A stretch of 54,522 bases of DNA, the filler included, from Catajapyx aquilonaris (taxonomy: Eukaryota): the NCBI GenBank assembly GCA_000934665.2. It is 3 parts of 3 records of this genome, joined end to end, with 100 filler letters (N's around TTAATTAATTAA, not from the genome) between each part and the next. Parts side by side here need not be neighbours in the genome. Positions count along the whole stretch, not along the records: positions 1 to 18,081 come from JYFJ02006790.1; positions 18,182 to 36,265 come from JYFJ02006791.1; 1 more part is not named here. One strand, written 5' to 3'. Each line of letters opens with the position of its first letter. Position 1 is the first letter of the stretch. The translations under genes and the position numbers were made by a program. This document shows, piece after piece, positions 11,550 to 21,611 of this stretch. The notes beneath the pieces were generated by a model. It searched no databases, had not been told where the DNA came from, and was given only the letters and a program-made list of their open reading frames with translations.

Positions 11550-12160
11550 TTTCGAACGGACGCGAATCCTCAGCTTTCAAATCGGGGGACCAAACGACTC
11601 TGAAGGACCGTTTCCAACACAGCGGCTTCCCCTTGCACCTGCTCCTACAACAAGCTATGGCGCCTGTGACGGCTAACGGTAACGGTTATGCGCACTGTTA
11701 ATCCGGAATTAATTGCGCTGGAATTGCGTGTTTGCACTAATCGGTTGGGCAGAACGGGTCATGAACCAGGCGGGTGTATCATAGCCCACTCTGAACGTCC
11801 AGGGCTGTACACGTCAGTTCAAATTCGAGGTCAAACTGCCGTTGGTTACCAATAGCAGTTGCTGTTATCAGCTCGACTGGATCAAAATGGCCGGAGGGAA
11901 ATACAACTTATGACCTTTGACCCGAAATCGCCTTCAGATCAATTCCAGCCTGCCAATTTGCCAACTAGTATGCAGCTAAACAGCATATTTTCAAAATTTT
12001 AATTCGAATAATTTGTACATAACGACTGACGTCATGGATCATCTGGCAACGTCGAGCTGCAATGCTGCATTTTTTTTTTTCCATCGTCTTCTAAATTGTT
12101 CGTATTGAAAGGGTTGAATTAATTTTTAGGCCGCAAAATTCCAAGTGTCAAAGGTGAGTG
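11550..12160. promoter_or_regulatory. Probable bidirectional promoter between E2F4/5 (-) and the Mpv17-like gene (+)
   Basis: CpG-rich, with YY1-like AAAATGGCCG near 11884 and CRE TGACGTCA at 12027-12034. Strong + strand donor AAG|GTGAGT at 12154 could join the acceptor at 14498 just before the Mpv17-like ATG. Confidence 0.45.
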
Positions 12161-12910
12161 TCTGCCCCTGGTTTTGCCCCTGTGCTTTAATTTCCTGGTG
12201 ATCCACTTTCAGTTTGATCCAATTCTCGGAATTATAACGAGCTTTGGAATAGTTCCAGATGGCCCCAGGCAGAATAATGCGTTACATCATTCGACCCAAA
12301 TGACGTAAATCAAAAATATCGTACCCAACCAACCAGCCGGCCCGACGTAGGGGCACAGGAGTCATGACGAAACAGAAATCTGGATGATACAGGCACACAC
12401 AACACACATGACTGGGTGTTCAGGCAGAGGGCATCACGAAATTCTGGTGGTCAGCTCATGACGACACATCGAGGAGGTAATTATGTATATGCTGGTGATT
12501 TTGTGATATTGGTCATATTGAGTGGTGCCTGCATTATGAAGGATTAAACAGTGAATCTGTAGTGTCGTACAAATGTGCACAGCGCGACCTCCCACATCCA
12601 CAGTTTTATCAACTGTGGTTTCAGCTGGCTGGGGTTAGAAAGATTGGAAAAATCAAAAGAAATGATTATTAATTTAAAAAGTTTAAAAATTAGTCATTAA
12701 TGAATTTAATTACTTTATAACATTTGAAAGGTTCAATTTTGCATAACAACAAAAAGGCACTTTTCATTACGCACCTGATTTTTTTAGAGGTATTGTACCA
12801 TACTAACTGCAATTGTGCATTATTTTGTGTGGATGGGAGATGTTTGCAAATTGTGTACACCATTGTGTTTTGGGTGAGAACACTAATATTGATATTGTGG
12901 GAACATTCAA

Positions 12911-13252
12911 GGGGAGGCGGAGTGGTGCTGTGGTAACATATGCACCGACTGATGTAAGTGTCCCGGGTTCGATCCCATGCCCAGACATTCCTCCCTTCAT
13001 CATCTCGTGCAGAGTTCGGGGTCATATCTGGCATCATCTGGGGTGTGATTTCTGCTAGAAGCTAGGCTAACCACTCGGGGGAGTTCACAAAAATGACACA
13101 GCAGGGACATTGCGCTGCACCTTGCACATCCCCTCCCAGTTACCTTGCCCACGGACCCGGGCCCTTCGTCAAGACAAATGCTGCATATCCTTGATGAGGA
13201 AAATAAAGGTCTGTGTGAAACCCTGGTGAGGGTATGAACTTCACCCATAATT
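12911..13252 (+). mobile_element. tRNA-derived SINE
   Basis: A box TGGTGCTGTGG and B box GGTTCGATCCC. Degenerate flanking duplication ATATTGTG(gg/at)AACATT(c/cc)AAGGG at about 12892 and 13253. Confidence 0.75.
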
Positions 13253-13713
13253 ATATTGTGATAACATTCCAAGGGCTGGGACTGTAGTTTCTTGAGAATA
13301 TACTCTTAATCCTTTCTATATGGCAGTGTTAAAGTAATGGCAGCTTAGTTAATAACAATTTGGTTAGGGGTAAATGGTCATGGGCAAAGTTTGACATATG
13401 ATCCTCTCAGAGTCGTATTAATTTCAGTGCCATGTTAATTAGTATGTTCTGGTTGTAAGGGCATGAAGAAATAATTTGGTTCTGAATGGTGTGATTATGT
13501 TTGTGAGTGAACAGCATAGTCTCATAATACTGTCAGTCAAGTAATGCCAGCAGTATTATTAGTACTCCAGTGATGTAACTGTGACATCACATCCTTTAAC
13601 CTGGCTATTCAGAAAATGATCAGAGAGCTATGGGTACGTGAAATATTCAGGTGTACTATAATGCAAATTTTCAGTAATTTTACCCGACGACTTTACCTTT
13701 TCAAGAATTACAC

Positions 13714-14400
13714 TAATAATAATAATTTGGAACACCTTTTAAATACACTGCACCAATGCCCATCTTGCAAGGGGTCATAATCTCATTTTGAATGGGGAGT
13801 TGAGAGTGACGATGAATGTTAGAGGAAAACTTGAGAAGAGAAGAGGGAGGACTAGATGAAAGAGCTGAAAGAGCAGACAGGTTAGAGACACATGGGTCAA
13901 GGGCAAACAAATAAAAACGGAATATGAAGAAGATTGTTTATAAAGAGGTAATGTGAAGTTCCTCAAGTTGCTGGCAAAGTTGAGATTCCAAATGCTATAG
14001 AGAAGTCATGGTTAAATTTAAATGGAAGGGGAAGGAAATGCCATTTTTGTTGGGAATAAGGTGTGCGCATGGTGTGCATATTAGCCTATGAAAAATTGCG
14101 AGGTAATGGAATGAGAGAGAAGGTCATGGGTGCAGAGAGATGAAGGAGTGTCGATGTTGAGCAGCTTTATTTGTGGGCCGTCACTGTGAGGAGAAGGGGA
14201 GTGTGCCACAAATATATTCATTCCTTGGTTCATAACAAGAAAGTAGGTTTTGGGATGGCAGGTAGAGCGTAGAGGTTATTGTGATGTTTGCAATGTTGTG
14301 AAATTATGATACAGAAATGTTTCTCATGGAAATGCTAGCATAGATACGGTATCATGAAAATGCTGTCATTGTTTATATTTTTGTAATGTGTAAAATTTGT
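13714..14400 (-). mobile_element. Possible decayed non-LTR retroelement 3' end
   Basis: Strand-skewed sequence ending in a short (TTA)n tail on the minus strand at about 13714-13727. No protein motif recognised; boundaries approximate. Confidence 0.3.
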
Positions 14401-14505
14401 GATCAGCCAAATGGCAGCGGCTATATGCTGACCGTATTTTGAAAAGCTAAAGAATGTAGGCTATGGTAACATACTAAGAAGTACTGATCTGTTTGCAGGA
14501 CAACA

Positions 14506-15791
14506 ATGCCTCTTCTTACAATTCAACATGTCCTGGCTTCAGTACGACGGGTGTTTGTCAAGTATCCTGTCGCTCGAGGCATGGTGGCCTATTCCATCTT
14601 GTGGCCTTCATCCAACCTTGTGGAGCAACTTGTTATTGCCAGAAGGGATAAAGTAGACCTGGTGGAGGTACTGCGATATGGCCTGTATGGAGGTCTGTAC
14701 TCTGCTCCACTTGTGTACCACTGGATGAGATTCATCTCTCGGGTGCTGCCAGAGAGAACCTTGCGTACTTCACTCATGAAGGTATGTGCACATTATTGGT
14801 GATCTAAGGATAACAAACAGACAGACACTAACAAAGTACTACACTAAGTGGCTTTTACAAGGGCCATACTAAATGATTTACACTTTATTTCCCCCCCACA
14901 AATACAGGGCCCTTGCTAGTTGGCAGATAGGCACCATTATCGATAGAATCCTTCTGGAGATGAATGCACTTGCACCATGGGTGTGGCAACCTGTCCATAC
15001 CCTCCGGGAACCACTTTTTGGAGGTGTGGCGCACCCACACCCGGACAACAACTGATCACTGTCAACAATGTCCTCAAATGGCTTCGGCGAAGGAGTTTTT
15101 TCATGGATCCAGCTTTGGGTGCTTCCACACCCACACTACTTCCCAGCCTGGCTCCCAGTGACTTTTGCCTGTTTGGATCCATGAAGAAACCCCTTCGTCG
15201 ACTCCATTTTGAGGACATTGTTGACCATTAGCTGTTGTCCAGTTGTGGGTATGTCATACCACCAAAAAGTGGTTTCTAGAGGGCCTGGAGTGGTTGACTG
15301 ACCCGTGATGTCAGTCCAGTCAGCTCCAGGAGGGTTCTATCGATAATAATTGAAGACCTCGGGGGAAGAATGATCAAGTTCCACTTTTTGTCAAAAATTA
15401 GTTACATACTTTCGTATGTCAGAAGAAACTTTCACTAGTGTAGAATATGATGGTTTGGTCAGAACGTGGGATTTACATTGGAACCTTATGAGCCTTCGAA
15501 ATTTGAAATTATTGCAATATACAGTAGTTTCACATGAGGTGGACCTTGATTGTTCTTCCCCCAAGGTCTTCAATTATACAATGCCTTACCACATATAGAG
15601 TGTGCAACAATATTGTACCTTTTCATTATGCAGAATGTTTACTGTTAAATTTTTTAAAGGCTGCTGTGGAGCAGGTGGTTTACTCCCCTTTTGCTCTGAC
15701 AACATTTTACTTCGCCATGAATTTTCTGGAGGGTAAAGATTTGGACACTGCTGTTGCTGAATGGAAGGCAAAGTTTCTGCCCACCTACAAG
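14506..15791 (+). CDS. Mpv17/PMP22-family membrane protein, first two coding exons; 3' exons not found
   Basis: Exon 14506-14781 (KYPVARGMVAYSILWPSSNLVEQ..LRYGLYGGLYSAPLVYHWMR) and exon 15660-15791 (AAVEQVVYSPFALTTFYFAMNFLEGKD..AEWKAKFLPTYK), both ending at GT donors. The expected W-P-x-x-Q-x-x-N-F exon is not seen before the gap. Confidence 0.88.
14858..15414 (+). mobile_element. Internally rearranged non-autonomous mariner element
   Basis: Remnant LAPSDFCLFGSMKKPL (mariner YSPDLAPSDF..LK). TA-flanked CAAGGG/TTTCG ends. About 14940-15050 is an inverted copy of about 15233-15344. Confidence 0.7.
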
Positions 15792-15852
15792 GTATGCTGA
15801 ACTATTAACATTCTTTGGCACACGTTTTTCCCAACATGTCTTAGATGTTTAA

Positions 15853-16964
15853 GGGTGGGCTAAAGGTCCCGGCACTTATGGAGGTTGACATGTTAAATGT
15901 CGGGCCTAATAACTCCGTAATTACTGAACAGAATGACATGAAATTTTTGACACAACACTACACAACAACCCTTGTCACGGCTATGTTGAGCGAAACCTGT
16001 TTTAGGGATTCAGTTAATTATGAAAACCACGAAACTTAGAGGAATTTGAAGGCATGTGAGGAAATAATGTCCAGTGAAGAATAAGGACCAAATGAGCAAA
16101 ATCGCTCAACACACCAGTGATGTAGATTGCTGTGATGAATGGGGGGAAAATGACATATTTATAATTTAATAATAATAATAATTGATACCCCATTATCAGC
16201 CCTTTGGGCTTTATTAGGGGGGGATTTCTCCCAATTTTTTGTCTGGAACTCTTTCCATTTTTACTATACTTTTTCATCGGAATTGAGGCAAGGATAGGTA
16301 AGGAAGGAAGCGGCTGTGGCCTATAATTACGGTAACGACCCCGGAATTATCCTGCGATGACCATGGGAAACCACAGAAAACCATGATCAGGGTCGCCGGC
16401 CTCCGGCATTCGAACCCAGGACCTCCCGATTAGCAGTCGGACACCATACCACTCCACCACTACTGCTTCGGTCATATTTATAATTTATAATCCATTATTA
16501 TATTTATAATGACATTTTTGACATATGGCACTGGATAGCTTCCATCATCCTGCATCCATGTGCAAATTTGCATGTCAATTGGTTCAGTCTGCATGACGTG
16601 ATGATGCCAAAGGCTAACATGTCCGAACATGTGCATCTCCATGAGCAGGGTTATCTTCTAATGACTCTGTTGACACAGCACTAAAGGACATGATTTTTTT
16701 TTTCCCATTCGTCACAGCATTCTACATCACTGGTGTGTTGAGCGATTTTGCTCATTTGTTCCTTATTCTTATGCCTTCAAATTCCTCTCGGTTTCGTGGT
16801 TTTCATGAATAACTAAAACAGGTGTCGCTCAACATAGCCGTGAAAGGGTTGTTGTGTCTTGTTGTGTCAAAAATTTCATGTCATTCTGCTCAGTAATTAC
16901 GGAGTTATTAGGCCTGACATTTAACATCTCAACCTCCATAAGCGCCGGGACCTTTATCCCACCC
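15853..16964. mobile_element. MITE with long (about 240-280 bp) terminal inverted repeats, possibly Kolobok-type
   Basis: 15853-~16126 is the reverse complement of ~16721-16964 (GGGTGGG(c/a)TAAAGGTCCCGGC..). TTAA precedes the left end; the right TTAA is not preserved. Confidence 0.8.
16169..16472 (-). mobile_element. tRNA-derived SINE inserted in the MITE
   Basis: Minus-strand A box TGGTGGAGTGG, B box GGTTCGAATGCC, body GGTTTTCTGTGGTTTCCC..GGCCACAGCCGCTTCCTTCC and (TTA)n tail. 15-bp TSD CATATTTATAATTTA at 16154-16168 and 16473-16487. Confidence 0.9.
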
Positions 16965-17188
16965 GAGAGAAATTTTTATCTATTATTTATTGTTTATTGT
17001 AATACCCCTCAACAGGTTTGCCTTCTTCACAGGGGAACATGCAAAAAATACAAACTGAAAAGCTAGTAGAGTTAGGCTCAACAAAGGTTAATTCATTTGG
17101 CAGGTGTTATACCATGCTTTTTAAAATTTCTGTAACATAATACTGGGAGTCATGAAAGAAACCTATGAAAATGCTGATGCACTTTTAA

Positions 17189-17255
17189 CCCGGGAACCAT
17201 GCCGTGCCTACGAGTATTACGGCAACTGTGCCGTGGGGTCTTTTCGGACCCCACC
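17189..17255 (+). mobile_element. piggyBac-like element terminus (fragment)
   Basis: TTAA|CCC start and a GTGGGGTC..GACCCCAC subterminal palindrome like that in the 30031-30657 element. Confidence 0.4.
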
Positions 17256-17310
17256 ATATTTTAATTTTTATTAATTTTTATATAATATTTTTCAATGTAT
17301 TGACTATATA

Positions 17311-18081
17311 CGAGGTAGGCGCCAAAAGTTTCCGTCATGGCTATGTTCCAGGGGTGATGGAAATAAAACGACAGTGTCATTTTTCAATATAGTCTCCTTC
17401 TACATCAATGCACGTCTTATATCTCATAATTATCATTTCAATACCTCTGGAAGAATAGTCCAAAGTTTTCTCTACAAAATGCTCGTATACTGCCTCTTAC
17501 ACCCCTTCATCACTTTTAAACCGTACCTTGAAGTTCTTTTTTGAGTTTGGATAACAGGTAATAGTCACTAGGGGCCAGTAGGGTGGGTGATCAAGGTCCT
17601 CGAAGCCACAGTTCCTCACAGAAGTCTTGGAAACATTGTCCTGTAACCTGGTTCATTATCCAGATGTTGGAGAACACCCCAACTCAACTTCCCGCATCTG
17701 TTCTTCTTTATGGCATCACGAAACCTGTGCAGCAGGCCAGAGTAAGACTCTCCGTGGACAATCGAGGTTTAATCCTTGAAGTCTATTAGTAAGATTCCTT
17801 TGGAATTCTAAAGAACCGTCACCATGGTCTTCTTGGTTGACCGGGTCACTCGGCCGCTTTCCGCCTGCCCTAAGCTATTCCATTAATTCTCATTTTGATA
17901 GAGGATCATAGCACGGGACCATAGTTTCATCTCCTGTGACGATGAACTCCAGTACTTCTTTCTGTTTGCCACGGTGAAGGTCCGAAACGTTTCGCAACAT
18001 GTTACGCATTTTTGCTTTTTAATTGCGGACAGAAGTTGGGGCACCCATCTTGTGCTGACCTTTTTCATGTGAAGGTGTTCA
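17311..18081 (-). mobile_element. Defective mariner transposon, truncated by the gap
   Basis: Minus-strand motifs KKVSTRWVPQLL, IVTGDETMV and LAPSDYYLLSKLKKEL across frameshifts. TA|CGAGG terminus at 17309-17315. Confidence 0.88.
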
Positions 18082-18181
18082 NNNNNNNNNNNNNNNNNNN
18101 NNNNNNNNNNNNNNNNNNNNNNNNNTTAATTAATTAANNNNNNNNNNNNNNNNNNNNNNNNNNNNNNNNNNNNNNNNNNNN
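18082..18181. other. Assembly spacer (44 N + TTAATTAATTAA + 44 N)
   Basis: Read directly. The 12-mer gives stop codons in all six frames. Confidence 0.97.
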
Positions 18182-18969
18182 ATCGGCTTCAGCCACCTGC
18201 ACTCTGGTGGTAGCAAGGCCGCACTAGCGGAGATTTGCCCTATCTCTTGTTTAGTCTGACACATATCCCGTCTCCGGGTGAGGCCCTGGGGGCCCCCGTG
18301 GTGGGAGGACCATGTGGTGGCGGTGGCTGCATATAGGGCGCCTCCCGGCACCTCTCTTACCAATCATGCGGCTTTGGCCGTGATCCTAAGAGCAACGTCA
18401 TCCTAATCGGGAGGCCCTGGGTTCCAGCCCGGACCGGCGCCCGCTGCAGGGGATTTTTATTTCGCCACCGAGAGCGACGGTGCTGCCACTGCCGCGGGGG
18501 GCCGCCGCTGCTTTTCAAAGCGTAGCTTCTCGGCGAGCCTCCTGATTGGCTGGAGACTCTTCCCACGCATATTTACTAGTTACAGAAATGGCCGCAGTGG
18601 CGCTTTCCCATGTTAAACTCGCATAGACGGTGGCGCCACTGCGGAATTTTTCCATGAGGCTCCGTACTTAGCCGTGGACCACTACTGCCATGCATGACCC
18701 AGGATTGAAACTGAACATATTGAATCTTGTATGGGTCACAACCCCTGTCACCAAATATGGCTGCTCTCACGCAAATACATCACTAATTTTTGGGGTCTAA
18801 ACACTTGGACATGTTACTGAGCATGTGACCGATGGAATGCCATACATGTTTTTCTGAGTGCATTTGCGAGAAAATCAAATTCCATAGGTGCATTCTCATC
18901 GCGTTTCTCTTTCATTTGATGTACTGTATACATGTTGATTAGGTTTTGACCATGTAATAATAAAAAAAG

Positions 18970-19041
18970 AGGTCCCACCGGGATTTGAACTCGGATCGCT
19001 GGATTCAAAGTCCAGAGTGCTAACCATTACACCATGGGACC
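18970..19041 (-). tRNA. tRNA-Gln (TTG)
   Basis: GGTCCCATGGTGTAATGGTTAGCACTCTGGACTTTGAATCCAGCGATCCGAGTTCAAATCCCGGTGGGACCT, 72 nt cloverleaf, followed by a T7 Pol III terminator (18962-18968). One T-stem mismatch. Confidence 0.95.
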
Positions 19042-21611
19042 TTGCAATAGAAAAGTTGGCTCGGCGCTCGGGAATTACCAGATGGGTTACGGAGGCTTCC
19101 CACCCACCCACTCGGATCCGAAATTAATGCGATTAATTAATAGGATGGGAAGCTATTTCAACGGTTTCGGATGGTGGGACTCATATTTGTAAGTGACCAA
19201 AATTTCGAATAAAAGATGGCGTCCAAAATTTTTATTTGTATTTACCTCAAAAATCGACGTTTCTGAAATTTTTTCGAATTGCTCTTAAATTGAAGCAGGA
19301 AAGGGGGGGGGGGGGNNNNNNNGTTCTGAAAAATCTCTCTCTCTCTCTCTCTCGAACTATAGACTGGTTAAGTAAGGAGACAGGTCTCAGGTGGCGTCCA
19401 ACTTGGATATAATATTATACTGTATGTACAGTTCAGCTGTACAGACGCCGTTGTTGACTGGGGGACGAGGTATTGCGGCCCGCTTCTGCTTGCTAGTCGA
19501 GCAGGGGTGATTGAGTGAGTACTGTACGGGCGAGCCGCCGTATTCGTTGGATTGAGGGGACGAAGCCGTCCTCAGTGACCCAGCTGCAAAATTCGGAGGC
19601 GGTAAGTGCCGGATCCGGATGAGTATATATACAGTATAGTTGCGTGTTGACGTTTGTTGACGCTCAACAGACCAAGTAGCATGCGATATGCAGCACTACA
19701 GGACAAGTGTGGGGAGTACCCGTACTTGTCAAGCAGTTGCGATACTGTTCCGGAACTTGCGTATCCGGGCGTGTCGAATTGGCATGGCGGTGATCAGTCG
19801 GCTGACAAATTGTCGGAGCTGATCTCGAGATGCCAGCTGTACAACGTGGGTCGACGGTGTCAGTTGGAACGACGACTGTCGATGCCTCGTCGATGCAGCT
19901 ATATGTCGCTGATGCAATAGCGATGAAGGTGGCATCATTACGTCACGAGTTGGTGCGCATGTTACCGTACCAACTGTACGTACTGTACCTCTGAGGTGCC
20001 GGTATATCCGGTACAGGGAAGAGAAGATAGGTTGTCGGTGCACGCTGTATACTGAAACTTTTCTTTGACGATTCAAGGTCGAAATCGGCCTGTGAATCTA
20101 TGCAGGAAATCGACAGAATGTACCGTACAATCATGCACTTGTTTAATAGTGTCGTACCCGGCGGAACACTCAGATGCAAGCACCGAACGGACGGTGTCGA
20201 TTGTACCGGTGTCGGGCTGTCACAGGCTGCGTGGGTATAGTTCCCTGTCGCGCCAAGTGACCTTGACCTTCGTTGACTGATGCAGTAAGGGGGGTGGTGT
20301 CAAATGTTGCATCATATTTTGTCACTGGATTCTTCCCGGATTTATCCTGAGGGAAGTGGCGCCCTATTGACCTATTGTTGGCTTTGTCGCTGATGAGAAT
20401 GAGCTCATTCTCGGAACCAAGTACGTGGTGCCCATCCTATAATTAGCGGAGAAAGTACTGTGTTTATTCAGGGCAAACAATGGCCATTCATTCATTTTGC
20501 ATGGCAAACATGAGGCGGCCGAGAGGAAGAAAAAAAATGCTGACTGCTATAGCATTTGGCTTTTTATTGCCGGTTACTTACTGTCGATGACTCAGGTGAT
20601 CTGTCTGAAGCTGGGAGGAGGAAGCGAATAATTTTCTCACACTCACCGGCTCACGTTGCTGAATGTGTCACACGGTGTCACATTATTCGGCGAGATTATC
20701 TGGTTAGATTATATAGCTGTACCAATCTCGCCTTTGAAGGAGAAGTTAATTGGGTTGTTTGTTAGCGCAATGCCCTCGAGTTAATGCATGGCGTTGAATT
20801 TGGACAAGTCAAAGGTCGTCTTTCTACTTTGTCCGATCATGGACCTTGTCGCATGATGGTTGCCGAGTCAGCTGACGATGTGTGTGGGCTGACTGTAGCA
20901 GGTCAATGGCAGGGTTGCATTGTTGCCTGCAGGTTCGTGCCAGTGGAGATGGACGAACCAAACATGGGCAGAATGATGGCTCCAGAAAAAGGAACCGAAT
21001 CATAGCAGTTCATGACTCCAATCAGAGCCTCTTCTTCGCTCAGTGAGTAGTATAGGGTTAAATGTTTTGTACTGTACAGCCAGTTCATCCGCATCATATG
21101 TCTATAGGGTAGGCCTACAGCTTCTTCGCTATTCACAGGTTGAAAGGTCCATGTCACCAGCACCCCCAAAATTGAACATGCACTATTTGACTGTGCCATT
21201 CGATTGTGATTCGTTTGTGCTTCATAAAATCTTGTTTGTGCTTTTTCATTAGTTACTGAGAAGTTGAGATAATCACGTTCAAAGTGAGGGGGGAGGGGGA
21301 GCTGGTGACATGCTGCCCGCCCAAAATGGACAATACACTGTATTTGACTGTGCCATTCGATTGTGCTTCGTTTGTGCTTCTTTGTGATTCATAAAGTTTC
21401 GTTTGTGTTTAATTAATTACTTAGATAAGCACCATCAAAGTTAGAGCTAGAGGATGTGTTACGTAACTTTCATGCATGCAAGCAGGATGCAAGTCACTGT
21501 AATGTAAGATCATTACAGTATATGCTTCTCGGACTACTTTCTGCATTAACATTCTCAGATTTGTCATGTTCTCATGTAAAATATTTTGACAGTGCAGCTT
21601 ATTCATAATGG

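Noticed and set aside
13527..13545. TAATACTGTCAG resembling miR-8/miR-200
   Set aside because: Match stops after 12 nt and no hairpin is evident.
17016..17066. Possible third Mpv17-like exon (VCLLHRG..)
   Set aside because: In phase but lacks the family W-P..Q..NF motif.
18126..18137. TTAATTAATTAA as a biological repeat
   Set aside because: It is centred in identical N runs, so it is an artificial spacer.
20385..20432. Hammerhead-like CTGATGA-hairpin-GGAA
   Set aside because: GGAA instead of GAAA, no valid NUH cleavage triplet and no stem I; at best a decayed relic.
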